A stretch of 64,000 nt of DNA from a virus. Below are positions 41,108 through 50,613 of the stretch, in pieces. Every line of letters begins with the position of its first letter. Position 1 is the stretch's first letter. The stretch spans positions 1 through 64,000 of the IMG/VR virus record IMGVR_UViG_3300032285_003395; one strand, 5' to 3'. Below the pieces are notes generated by a model. That model saw only the letters and a program-made list of their open reading frames with translations. It searched no databases and was not told the DNA's origin. Position numbers and translations under genes: made by a program.

Positions 41108-43303
41108 TTAAAAATTAATTTCGCATGATCCTCCTGAACAAGCTATACCACTCAACTCATCAGCACTAAGATATTTTTCTGTATAATCTATTTTAGAAAA
41201 ATCTATAGATTTGTTTTTTAACACTCTATTTATTTTAACCCATTTATGATAAAGATGAATATCTTTTAAACAATCAGAAGCTTTAAATAAATCTCCTTTA
41301 AAGTAGTTTTTAGCAAACTTTTTAATTCTACTAACAATATCTTTTTTAACCATAACAGTTATTCTATCTCCTGAAAGTATAAAATTTCTATCTGTTACAG
41401 CAGAACATACATCCCAAAGGTCATTATTAAAACAATGTAAGGCATCTACAATAAGTCCTGATGCAAATAAAGCTGCATCTCCATATTTATCCATTAATTC
41501 TTTTTGAGTAAATACTTCTGTAAAAGGTGCTTGCTTGTATATTTTATCCCCTGAATTAGGTAGAAAAGATAACCCACAAAAGTCTTCTTTATTGTCAAAT
41601 ATATAATCAAAAGCTTTATCCCAATCATTTACACTCACGGTATTAGATACATTATGAGTGATTGTCTCACTATATCCTAATTCTTTATTAGTACCAGGTA
41701 AAACCCAATGCTTATAAACTAATTGAACTGCTTTTAGAAATTCTATTTCATCTACTTGAGATTTTACAATAGTTTCAGGTGTTTCTTTCATAGGAATAAA
41801 ACAAGCATAATCACTATTAGTTGGACTCCATACACCTTCTTCTAGTAATTCAGGATAATTTTCATTTAAAAACTTAGCCATTGGCGTGTCTTTATTTAGT
41901 TGAATAGTTCTAAAATAATTATGAGCATGAGCAGGATGAATACCACTTGCAGTCATAGCTAACACAGAAGCATTTCCAGAAGGTTTGACACAGGTAGTTC
42001 TAGCAGCTTGATTAATACCAATTAATTCAGCCACTATTTTATTTGTTTCTTTAACTATTTCTGCACCTTTTTCTAACACTTCAGGATTTAATAATACAGA
42101 TGGATTATTCATAATACCTGTAATAGAAACTCCTAATAATGCTTCCCAATTAATAAGTTCTTCTGTTTCTTTACCTAAAAAAGGCATATTAGTGTAAGAT
42201 GCTTGGAATGTTCCTAATATAGCAGCTGCCTTACATGCTTCATAAAACTTTTTAGGAGTGGTACACTTAGAACCAATAATTTCATTTAGATTACAAAAAG
42301 ACCAACAAGATTTTCCTGAAAATGGATTGATTGGTTTAAATCCTATTTCAACACATGGATTTACCATCATATCAATATCATCCACTAAAACAACTCCAGG
42401 TTCACCAAATTGTTTTATAAATTCTTTATAACCATCTAGCTCTTCTTTTGTAATAGATGATTTTAATATTTTAGCAGAATTGTTTGCTCTAGCTCTCCAA
42501 GGAGTATCCATCCACCAATTACCTGTTTTACAACTAAGCATATTTTGGTCATCTTTATCAAATAAAGAAATTAAAGCACTTCTTCTCACTCCTCCAGATA
42601 AAACTGCATCTGATAAAATACAAACAATATCATGGCAATCTATAGATGAAAGTTTAAACTCTTCTTTGCTTAATTTAGTGTCTAAAATCTTCTCTATTAA
42701 GTCCAAAGATTTTTTTAATCCATCAGGGCCAGGAGCTATAAATTCTCCTGCTATAAGCTCACCTTTTGCTCTAATTTTTGAATAATCAAATAACACCTTT
42801 TCAGTTCCATTAAAATAAGAACTAATTAATATATCTATTGCATTTGCCCAACCTTCAATAGAATCTTCAATAACATGAACTGCATGAGAATCTAAAATTC
42901 TATTTTTTATAGAAGGCAATTTTTCTATAAATCTTTTTTCTACAGAAAACCCAACTCCAGCTCCACATAAAAGTACATACATAATTTCTTTAAATACTTC
43001 TACTCTGTCTATAAAAGTAACTGAACAATTGTACAATTTAACATTATGGGAATTAATGTGTTTCTCTCTAAATTGTAAATTTCTTTGAGAGGCCAAAATT
43101 TCCATATTTGTATAAGCTTGTTTAGCTATGTCAAAATAAGGAGCTATTTCATTCCAATTACTTCTTGTTGAAAATTTATTATAATGCATTTGCATTACAT
43201 CATCAACAGATTCTTCCCAGGTTTCTAACCTGTTTTTATGCTTTAAAAACTTAGCATAAGATTCATTAAATTTTAGCTGTGAAGCTATTTCTTTACCATT
43301 CAT
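41108..43303 (-). CDS. nrdJ: class II (adenosylcobalamin-dependent, RTPR-type) ribonucleotide reductase
   Basis: YNCS, GGVRRSA, NPCVEI, CNLNEI, TCVKPSGNAS and C-terminal CSGGSC; no beta-subunit gene adjacent. Confidence 0.85.
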   Translation of the reverse strand: MNGKEIASQLKFNESYAKFLKHKNRLETWEESVDDVMQMHYNKFSTRSNWNEIAPYFDIAKQAYTNMEILASQRNLQFREKHINSHNVKLYNCSVTFIDRVEVFKEIMYVLLCGAGVGFSVEKRFIEKLPSIKNRILDSHAVHVIEDSIEGWANAIDILISSYFNGTEKVLFDYSKIRAKGELIAGEFIAPGPDGLKKSLDLIEKILDTKLSKEEFKLSSIDCHDIVCILSDAVLSGGVRRSALISLFDKDDQNMLSCKTGNWWMDTPWRARANNSAKILKSSITKEELDGYKEFIKQFGEPGVVLVDDIDMMVNPCVEIGFKPINPFSGKSCWSFCNLNEIIGSKCTTPKKFYEACKAAAILGTFQASYTNMPFLGKETEELINWEALLGVSITGIMNNPSVLLNPEVLEKGAEIVKETNKIVAELIGINQAARTTCVKPSGNASVLAMTASGIHPAHAHNYFRTIQLNKDTPMAKFLNENYPELLEEGVWSPTNSDYACFIPMKETPETIVKSQVDEIEFLKAVQLVYKHWVLPGTNKELGYSETITHNVSNTVSVNDWDKAFDYIFDNKEDFCGLSFLPNSGDKIYKQAPFTEVFTQKELMDKYGDAALFASGLIVDALHCFNNDLWDVCSAVTDRNFILSGDRITVMVKKDIVSRIKKFAKNYFKGDLFKASDCLKDIHLYHKWVKINRVLKNKSIDFSKIDYTEKYLSADELSGIACSGGSCEINF

Positions 43304-43334
43304 TTATTATTTTTTTTTTAAAGTGAAAAAGGGT

Positions 43335-43344
43335 TGCAAATATA
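43335..43344 (-). promoter_or_regulatory. Bacteroidota-type -7 promoter element (TATATTTGCA) upstream of nrdJ
   Basis: Exact TAnnTTTG match in the short intergenic gap. Confidence 0.7.
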
Positions 43345-43354
43345 TGAATAAATT

Positions 43355-43930
43355 TTAATTTTCTTTATCATTATAATACAATAATATTATACTATTTTTA
43401 TTAATAATACATTGATAATATTCTTTTTGATTAATCATAAATTGTTTAGTATTAAAAGGTTTAGTAATTAAATGAATAACATTTAAACCCTCAATATTAG
43501 CAACAGTATGATTACCATTAGGATTACAATCATTAATTAATGTTTTTATTCTAAGAAAATTATTATGTGAAATATTAGAATTTATTTCTATGTTCCAATA
43601 TTGTTGTTCTGAAGATAAATTTTTAGTTGATTCTTTTATTAAATCTTTAAATAAATAATTTTTATTTTTTAATTTATTTAATATTACTTCAGATATGCTA
43701 AACCCTAATTTTTCTAAAGAGTATTGTTGAAGATTAATATAAATTTTAGCATCAAATAAATCAGCTATTTTTTTCATATCTTCATAAGTATTTAATAACT
43801 CTTCTTCATTATGAATTAAATAGTAATTTAAAATATTTAAGGTATCTTGATTTTTAATAATAAAAATTTCATATACCCAACCTTGTTTAAATTCTAATAA
43901 AGAAGTTATTTTTTGTATATTATCTATCAT
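43355..43930 (-). CDS. hypothetical phage protein
   Basis: 191-aa ORF with HLITKPFN near the C-terminus. Confidence 0.65.
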   Translation of the reverse strand: MIDNIQKITSLLEFKQGWVYEIFIIKNQDTLNILNYYLIHNEEELLNTYEDMKKIADLFDAKIYINLQQYSLEKLGFSISEVILNKLKNKNYLFKDLIKESTKNLSSEQQYWNIEINSNISHNNFLRIKTLINDCNPNGNHTVANIEGLNVIHLITKPFNTKQFMINQKEYYQCIINKNSIILLYYNDKEN

Positions 43931-43931
43931 T

Positions 43932-44147
43932 TTAAAAATTATTATGTAAGATATTTTCTAAATCTTTTTTAATTAAAAATAATTCATCAAAGATAGCTAT
44001 ACTTATAGGATTATTACAAGGTAATAATTTTTTTTCTAAAGATTTGGTATTATTTATATCTATAAGTGCAGCTTTTATAGCCTGTTCTTTATTTAATCCA
44101 ATATTAATATATTTATTTATTAATTGTTCTGAATTATATTCTATCAT
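43932..44147 (-). CDS. hypothetical protein
   Basis: 71-aa ORF that weakly resembles 38814..39029. Confidence 0.55.
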   Translation of the reverse strand: MIEYNSEQLINKYINIGLNKEQAIKAALIDINNTKSLEKKLLPCNNPISIAIFDELFLIKKDLENILHNNF

Positions 44148-44163
44148 TTTTAATTATTTTTTA

Positions 44164-44215
44164 GAAAAAAAAAGTTTGTAAACTTAAAAATATAAATCTT
44201 TAAATTTACAAACTT
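44164..44215 (-). terminator. AT-rich intrinsic terminator
   Basis: Inverted repeat AAGTTTGTAAA (44172-44182) / TTTACAAACTT (44205-44215) followed by a T-run on the minus strand. Confidence 0.65.
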
Positions 44216-44248
44216 AGTTTTTAAAATTATTTATTTTATTATAAAATT

Positions 44249-44527
44249 TTAATTTTTAATAACTGGTTTTTTTCTAGGTTTATTAGATTTTTTAATTGGT
44301 TTTTCCTCAATTGCAGGAACAGTTTTATTTTTAACATTACTGCTAATATCAATAGGATTCTTTTTCTTTTCTACAATTAAACTATGATATGCTTGGGTTA
44401 GTACATCAAGGTTTTTTTGTAATTCAGATTTTTCTTCTTTAAGTTTATTTATTAGTTTCCAAAATTGCCAATTAGCTATTGCAGAAATAATAAAATAAAA
44501 ACAAAAAATAATAATTTTAATTTCCAT
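44249..44527 (-). CDS. membrane-anchored coiled-coil protein with a basic tail
   Basis: N-terminal TM segment, coiled coil and Lys-rich C-terminus. Confidence 0.6.
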   Translation of the reverse strand: MEIKIIIFCFYFIISAIANWQFWKLINKLKEEKSELQKNLDVLTQAYHSLIVEKKKNPIDISSNVKNKTVPAIEEKPIKKSNKPRKKPVIKN

Positions 44528-44569
44528 AAGTTTAAATTTTTAATTTTATTTTTTAATTAATTTTTAAGG

Positions 44570-44579
44570 TGCAAATATA
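44570..44579 (-). promoter_or_regulatory. Bacteroidota-type -7 promoter element (TATATTTGCA)
   Basis: Identical decamer to the one upstream of nrdJ; intergenic. Confidence 0.7.
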
Positions 44580-44604
44580 ATAAAAATATTTTAAAATAAA
44601 TTTT

Positions 44605-45054
44605 TTAATTACCTGTACTTCCATAACCACCCCAACCTCTTATTGAATCAGATAATTCATTTACTTCTTCCCAGTCTACTTCAGGATAAGGTAAAATAAT
44701 TAATTGACCAACTCTATCTCCAAGTTCATATAAATTACCAGGAATAGCATCATCTTTTTTAACAAAATATTGGTAATTAGGTTTATACTTAAACATAATT
44801 TCCCCTCTATATCCGCTGTCCAAAATTCCAACGGAGTTTGTCAACATTAAATCTTTTTTACAATTAGAAGATCTAGGAAATAATAATCCTACAAATCCTT
44901 TAGGAATTTCCATAGCTAAGCCTGTTTTATAAACATAGTTACCATTAGTATCTAATTCTATTTCAGTACAGGTTAGATCCATTCCACCATCTCCAGGATT
45001 TGCATAAGAGGGTGTTACTGCATTTTTATTTAATTTTTTTATTCTTACTATCAT
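44605..45054 (-). CDS. dut: trimeric dUTPase
   Basis: GMDL, PRSS, GILDSGYRGEI, GDRVGQL and RGWGGYGSTG motifs I-V. Confidence 0.95.
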   Translation of the reverse strand: MIVRIKKLNKNAVTPSYANPGDGGMDLTCTEIELDTNGNYVYKTGLAMEIPKGFVGLLFPRSSNCKKDLMLTNSVGILDSGYRGEIMFKYKPNYQYFVKKDDAIPGNLYELGDRVGQLIILPYPEVDWEEVNELSDSIRGWGGYGSTGN

Positions 45055-45055
45055 A

Positions 45056-45367
45056 TTAAATATCTTTAATTATATAAGTTTCATTTTTAGAACTACATGG
45101 TTCTTTAGTAATTAAATAACCTAATCTATTAACAATATGTAAACCTGATACAATATAAAGTTCATCTTCTTCATCTATAATAGTCCACACATTTTCTTTA
45201 GGTTGGTTTTTTACATAATCAAATTCTTCATCAAAAGTTTCATACATACAACCACCAAAAGAACACATATCTTCTGGTTTATAGATAGTATTATTAATTA
45301 AAATTTGATTATATTCTGGAGTGTATTTTTCATAAAAATCATCATCCGTTAATTCTATGTTACTCAT
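45056..45367 (-). CDS. hypothetical phage protein
   Basis: Acidic 103-aa ORF (VWTIID...GLHIVNRLGYLIT). Confidence 0.6.
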   Translation of the reverse strand: MSNIELTDDDFYEKYTPEYNQILINNTIYKPEDMCSFGGCMYETFDEEFDYVKNQPKENVWTIIDEEDELYIVSGLHIVNRLGYLITKEPCSSKNETYIIKDI

Positions 45368-45369
45368 AA

Positions 45370-46365
45370 TTATTTGATTTTTAAAGTTATTTGATCTCTT
45401 AATAATCTTTCATTAATTATTTCTAATAACCTATTAGATCCTAAAAATTTAATAACATCTGAAGGGTCTTTTTCTTGCATAAAAGATGGATTATTAATAT
45501 ATTTTAATCTAGTATCAATTTCTAATGTTAATAATCTAGAGAATTTTTTACCAGCTTCATCATTATTTAAGTAAACATAAATTGCTTCAAATTTACTAAA
45601 TAAATCTTCTATAACAGGTAAGAAAATTTTATAACTATTTTCACTAGGTAAATTAAAAGCATCATAACCTAATGCAGTTAAACACATAGTATCTTTTAAA
45701 GAAGATGTAATAAAACAAATATTAGTTTTATATTCTAACTTAGAATATCCTTCTAATATAGCTTTAATAGTTCTCCATTTTTGAAAAGATTTACCTATAG
45801 GATTATAAATTTTAAATAACTCATTATTTTCATAATACCCAAAAATAGGATTAAAGTTACTAGCTGAATAATTAATAATATTATTTTTTAATACATATTG
45901 TATAGGTTTAATTTCAAACTTGTTTAATATATCTAAATTAATTTGAAATTGATTCCAATAATTTAATTCAATATTATTAAAAGATTTGGTAATTACACTA
46001 TAATTAGATTTTTCTAATGTATTAGTTACTTTATCCAAAGTTAAAAGAGGAGCTTTTTGGAGCTCCCCTTGAACTTGAGATAAAAAATTACCTTTAACTT
46101 TATTACTATACTTTAAATCTAAATTAATTTTATTTATACTAGATTTTCTATCATTTAAATTATATTGTTTATTTACAAACTCAATACAATCTAAATGGGT
46201 GGGCATAAAAGCCCAGTCCATAAAGAATAATGTATCATTTCTTTCTGTAAAATAACATTTTGGAGTTTTATCATTCCTTAAAGGATTTTTAAAACTTTTT
46301 TTAAGTTCAACAGGTCCAAAATAATAATTAAATATTTCATATTGTTGATCTAAAGTATATATCAT
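45370..46365 (-). CDS. DNA primase (crAss-type TOPRIM)
   Basis: NPLRNDKTP, ITSSLKD, NNDEAG and KDPSD motifs; replication context. Confidence 0.75.
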   Translation of the reverse strand: MIYTLDQQYEIFNYYFGPVELKKSFKNPLRNDKTPKCYFTERNDTLFFMDWAFMPTHLDCIEFVNKQYNLNDRKSSINKINLDLKYSNKVKGNFLSQVQGELQKAPLLTLDKVTNTLEKSNYSVITKSFNNIELNYWNQFQINLDILNKFEIKPIQYVLKNNIINYSASNFNPIFGYYENNELFKIYNPIGKSFQKWRTIKAILEGYSKLEYKTNICFITSSLKDTMCLTALGYDAFNLPSENSYKIFLPVIEDLFSKFEAIYVYLNNDEAGKKFSRLLTLEIDTRLKYINNPSFMQEKDPSDVIKFLGSNRLLEIINERLLRDQITLKIK

Positions 46366-46377
46366 AAATTGGTTTTA

Positions 46378-47208
46378 TTAAAATGCAAACGGATTATCTT
46401 CAGATAAAGTTTCAGCTTTTTGAGAAATTTCAGCTTTTACTGCTTCAATATTAAATTCTTCCAAAGTTTCAGAAATAGGTGCAATATTACCTGAGAAAGA
46501 ACTATATTCTCCCATTAGTGCATCTATAATTTCTTTTGCTCCTTTTTTATTAGGATTATCTTTCATAAATGCTTTAGAATATATTTCCATATCATAATAA
46601 GTATTGTTATCTACTTGTCTAGATTTAATACCTGCATAAACTTTAATAGTTTTATTTTCCAAAACTAATTTTTGCAAATCAGAAAAATCTCCTTTAAACA
46701 AATTTTCTACTGGTAGAAATATTTGAGGAGTATCTCCATCTTTCAAAGTAAATTTAGATAATTCAGTTTCCCAATTCATTAGTTTAACAAAAAAGTCAAC
46801 AACAATATCTTCTCCTTTAATACATTTTCTTGCATTATCAGTATAATACCAATTTTTATTTTTATTTAAAATTGATAAATCTTCTACATAAGTAGCAAAA
46901 CCTTGACCATTAATCATTTTAGTTTTACCAGAACGTGATACATCATATCTACCTTCTAACCAAAATGTAATTTTAGTTTTAACATCTACTTTTGGAAGTA
47001 TACCCCAAATATCAATTCTTAAAGATTTTACATCTTTACCATCAATATTTTTTGTAGTCAAATATTGAGGCTCTGTATTAATTTGTCTATTTAAAAATGT
47101 TCCCAAATCTTTACTATTTGGGTTAATCATTAATGGTTGAAAAGATCCTACACCATAATATTTTTTAAATGTAGTTGTATTACTTGCTGTTTTTACGTTA
47201 TTATTCAT
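46378..47208 (-). CDS. putative single-stranded DNA-binding protein
   Basis: Lies between the ATPase and primase genes; acidic/aromatic tail SEDNPFAF. Confidence 0.5.
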   Translation of the reverse strand: MNNNVKTASNTTTFKKYYGVGSFQPLMINPNSKDLGTFLNRQINTEPQYLTTKNIDGKDVKSLRIDIWGILPKVDVKTKITFWLEGRYDVSRSGKTKMINGQGFATYVEDLSILNKNKNWYYTDNARKCIKGEDIVVDFFVKLMNWETELSKFTLKDGDTPQIFLPVENLFKGDFSDLQKLVLENKTIKVYAGIKSRQVDNNTYYDMEIYSKAFMKDNPNKKGAKEIIDALMGEYSSFSGNIAPISETLEEFNIEAVKAEISQKAETLSEDNPFAF

Positions 47209-47252
47209 ATTTATATTAAATTTAAAGTTGTTAATTTGTTAAAAATTGTTAA

Positions 47253-47990
47253 TTAGATAAATACCTGATCCCAAAAAGTTACTAACTCTTCATCTTGATC
47301 AAGTTCTGAAATTTTAAATTCTTTATTTCTTAAATGTTTACTTCTTGAGCCACCTATTACATCATCTGTATGTGCAAAAGAAAGAATATTTGTATTTTTA
47401 TTTTCAGGATCTCTATACATATAACCTATAGCATCCACTCTTAAAGCTAGTAAATCTTTTAATTTACCTTCCAAATTTAATTCTTTAATAGTTTGACCAG
47501 TTGCACTAACAGATTTATCTGCAACGTGACCTACAACAATTAAAGTTTTACAGAATTTAGTAAAAAATTCCATAATTTTAAATAGAGCTTCTCTTTTGTA
47601 AACTTGACCCTTACCATAAGCCAGTTTATCTACATCAAAATCTAGAGATTCATTTTTATTTTCTTCTCTATTATAAGATCTAACTGCCAATTGATTCAAA
47701 ACTTTCTCTTTTAAAGAAGTTACAGTATCAATAATAATATAATTATATTGAGGTTTTTGTTCTGAAAATGCTTGAATGATTGTATCAAACTCTGTAATAT
47801 TTGTCATATTAACTTTTGTACACTCATAAAAATCAGCACCACCTTCCATATCTAATATTAAAGAATTTGGTAGTTTAGAAAGAGCATGGGTTTTACCAGT
47901 TTTCTTTTGACTGAAAATTACCATAGTTCTTGGATTTACTACACTTGGTTTTTGAGGTGTAGTAGGTAATAAAAAATTTGCTTTACTCAT
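47253..47990 (-). CDS. AAA_24/Sak4-like ATPase
   Basis: SQKKTGKT, LDMEGG, IIIDTVT and GH motifs. Confidence 0.8.
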   Translation of the reverse strand: MSKANFLLPTTPQKPSVVNPRTMVIFSQKKTGKTHALSKLPNSLILDMEGGADFYECTKVNMTNITEFDTIIQAFSEQKPQYNYIIIDTVTSLKEKVLNQLAVRSYNREENKNESLDFDVDKLAYGKGQVYKREALFKIMEFFTKFCKTLIVVGHVADKSVSATGQTIKELNLEGKLKDLLALRVDAIGYMYRDPENKNTNILSFAHTDDVIGGSRSKHLRNKEFKISELDQDEELVTFWDQVFI

Positions 47991-49101
47991 TTAAAATTGA
48001 ATTTTTTTTATTAATAAATTGAGAAATAGCTAAACTATCACTAGGTTTAGGCAAAGATTCAAATGAAAATCCTTTTGGATTAAAAAAAATAGGTTCTGCA
48101 ACTCCAGTTCTGCCAAATCTATTTTTACACATGTGAATTGATCTAAAACAATCTTCTAACCCATTAGATTTATCAGATTCTAAAATTTGATAACCATAAT
48201 AATTATTTAGCTTATGTTTGTAAGGAGAAAATAATCCTAAAATAACTTGATAAGATCTAGCTACTTTAATATTGTCTCCTAACTTTTGTGGCTCTGGCTC
48301 TAATCTACCTGCTTTAAAATGGTTTAAGTCACCAGCTGCCATTTGTTGTTGTTGAACACAACATACATGCCAATTCCAATGTTTAGACATTTGTTTTCTG
48401 GCATAAGAATTTACCATTCTGTCAATACTTCCAGACAAATCCAAAGCAATTCCTAAATCATTTTTCTCTGGTTCTAAGATATTAACATTATCTATAACCA
48501 CAGCAACAATTTCATTAGGATTATTAGGTTCATAATGACTATAAACTTCCATTGGACCATCTTTTGTATCAATAGTTTTATGTATGTGTTTGCCTCTAGA
48601 ATAAGATAAATTCCTACATTGTTTATAAATACCTGTAGGATTTGATGTATGATCATCAAATATTATAAATTTTTTTACTAAATTAAAATAATTTTGTATT
48701 ATATCAGACTCAATTAATTTAATTGTAGTATCATCTAGTTGATTTACCCTAGATAATAATTCATCTTGGGTTTTATTGACATTGTAATATTTAGCTAAAG
48801 CATACTGAATAATACTAATGTCAAATTCTTCCACTGATTCTTCAAGACCAAACCAATAACATACATAATCTAAATCAGATTGGTTGTTTAAAGATAACAT
48901 ATAGTCTGCAACACTAAATACATATAAATACTTAGCTAAAGAAGTTTTACCAACAGAAGTTTCTGCAGTAACACAAACCAAAGCTCCTGGAAAAATACCA
49001 CTAAAGTATTTTTTCATACCATTAAATGGATTAGGTATACAATTAATATATCCATCTATTAGTTGTTGTTTGTTTTGTTTAATTACATTTAATACTTCCA
49101 T
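47983..49101 (-). CDS. DnaB-like replicative helicase
   Basis: AETSVGKT, GLEE, VVIDN, QQQ and KNRFG motifs. Confidence 0.8.
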   Translation of the reverse strand: MEVLNVIKQNKQQLIDGYINCIPNPFNGMKKYFSGIFPGALVCVTAETSVGKTSLAKYLYVFSVADYMLSLNNQSDLDYVCYWFGLEESVEEFDISIIQYALAKYYNVNKTQDELLSRVNQLDDTTIKLIESDIIQNYFNLVKKFIIFDDHTSNPTGIYKQCRNLSYSRGKHIHKTIDTKDGPMEVYSHYEPNNPNEIVAVVIDNVNILEPEKNDLGIALDLSGSIDRMVNSYARKQMSKHWNWHVCCVQQQQMAAGDLNHFKAGRLEPEPQKLGDNIKVARSYQVILGLFSPYKHKLNNYYGYQILESDKSNGLEDCFRSIHMCKNRFGRTGVAEPIFFNPKGFSFESLPKPSDSLAISQFINKKNSILNE

Positions 49102-49601
49102 TAGAATACTAATTTATCGTTTTTAATAAAAACTCCTTTACGCATTTCTAAAATATTATCTAACAATAAACTTCCACCATTTTTTTCTATAAAATATTGG
49201 GCATCTAGGGAGAAGACTAAATTACCATTATTTCTACAGTTTTCATGATAAAAATCTACTGCTTTTAAAATTTCCTCAGAAGATGTTTTATATTTATTAA
49301 TAAATACTTCTAGTTTTTTCTTAATTAAAGATTTTGGACTAAAAGATATTTTACTAATACCTAAAATATTTTGAGTAAATTTTTCATAATAATTTTCTAC
49401 AAAATCATCTGTAACATTAGTTACATATTTTGTACCATTAAGTACAGAGCTACCTAAATTTGTTAATTCAAAGTTAGATAACTCTGTGTTAGACTCATTC
49501 CCATCTATAAATCTAATTAACCCATTTCTTAATAATGGATTAGGAAATTTACATTTAGGATAATTGATTAATAATTTTCCTATTTCCTCAACTGTAATCA
49601 T
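49101..49601 (-). CDS. hypothetical protein, possibly helicase-associated
   Basis: Translationally coupled to the DnaB-like gene. Confidence 0.55.
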   Translation of the reverse strand: MITVEEIGKLLINYPKCKFPNPLLRNGLIRFIDGNESNTELSNFELTNLGSSVLNGTKYVTNVTDDFVENYYEKFTQNILGISKISFSPKSLIKKKLEVFINKYKTSSEEILKAVDFYHENCRNNGNLVFSLDAQYFIEKNGGSLLLDNILEMRKGVFIKNDKLVF

Positions 49602-49652
49602 TTAATATTTAATCAATTTTTATTTAATAATTATAATTTTTAAATTATAAAA

Positions 49653-49994
49653 TTAAAAGAAACCATTATTTTCTTCTTCTTCATTAGTAGGAAATATACC
49701 TGGAAAAAAATATTCTTCTTCCTCTTTTGTATCTATAGACATCTGATAAGATAGTTCTTCTAAAATTTTATTTAATGAAATATTTGAAGAATCCAAAACT
49801 ACTAATCTATTAGATTCACTATGAAAATTGTCAGTATCTTTTTTTAAGAATTTTGTTATTTCATTTTTAATACTAGATAATGGCATATAATCATCATTAA
49901 AAAATATTGTAAAATTTGATACTAATTCTTCATCTTTATAATTTAAATTATTATTTGACATAAATAATAAAATCTCATTAATTGTTTTTGCCAT
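49653..49994 (-). CDS. hypothetical protein
   Basis: 113-aa ORF with an acidic tail. Confidence 0.55.
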   Translation of the reverse strand: MAKTINEILLFMSNNNLNYKDEELVSNFTIFFNDDYMPLSSIKNEITKFLKKDTDNFHSESNRLVVLDSSNISLNKILEELSYQMSIDTKEEEEYFFPGIFPTNEEEENNGFF

Positions 49995-50217
49995 GATAAT
50001 TATTTAATTCATTAAAAATTTGTTGGTATTGCTGTTGTTCTAAATAATCATTGTACAAAGATACAAAAATTTCATGATTATTTAGTATTAAATTTACATT
50101 TTCATTATTATTTTTTTTATCTATAATTATTAATTCAGTTAATATTTTAGAATTATTAATTTCAATCTCAGATAATTTATTGATAACCTGAGAATTGTTC
50201 TGGATTATTTTTAACAT
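49978..50217 (-). CDS. hypothetical protein
   Basis: 79-aa ORF overlapping both neighbours. Confidence 0.45.
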   Translation of the reverse strand: MLKIIQNNSQVINKLSEIEINNSKILTELIIIDKKNNNENVNLILNNHEIFVSLYNDYLEQQQYQQIFNELNNYHGKNN

Positions 50218-50563
50218 AATATTTATAAATTTCTAAAAAGAATTTCCAATCCATAGAAGCAATATCTACTCTACCCATCTTATGTCTTAAAATATAAGGA
50301 TGTTTATGAATTGGATCATTTTTGGGATAATGTTGTTCTAAAAGTTGTTTACTTTCATCTCTTAATACATCCCACTTGGGTCTATTATTTATATAACCCA
50401 TTTTACATTGTATATTAAGTGGCAAAAAAGCCAAATCAATTTTACAACTATCTAATAAATGAGAAGCATTTCTTGAAGTTTTAGTTTTAGGAAATACATC
50501 TCTAAGGTCTTTTACAGTTAATTGCTCTAATAGGTGACCTTTTCTTCTATATTTATTACTCAT
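50177..50563 (-). CDS. Holliday junction resolvase-like PD-(D/E)xK nuclease
   Basis: RRKGHLLE...IDL...IQCK pattern. Confidence 0.65.
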   Translation of the reverse strand: MSNKYRRKGHLLEQLTVKDLRDVFPKTKTSRNASHLLDSCKIDLAFLPLNIQCKMGYINNRPKWDVLRDESKQLLEQHYPKNDPIHKHPYILRHKMGRVDIASMDWKFFLEIYKYYVKNNPEQFSGYQ

Positions 50564-50613
50564 TATTTAATCATATTTTATATGTTTTAATTAAGAAATA
50601 TTTTTTACATAAT

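Noticed and set aside
38814-44147. Paralogy between 38814..39029 and 43932..44147
   Set aside because: Only weak pattern similarity by eye; it cannot be supported without an alignment.
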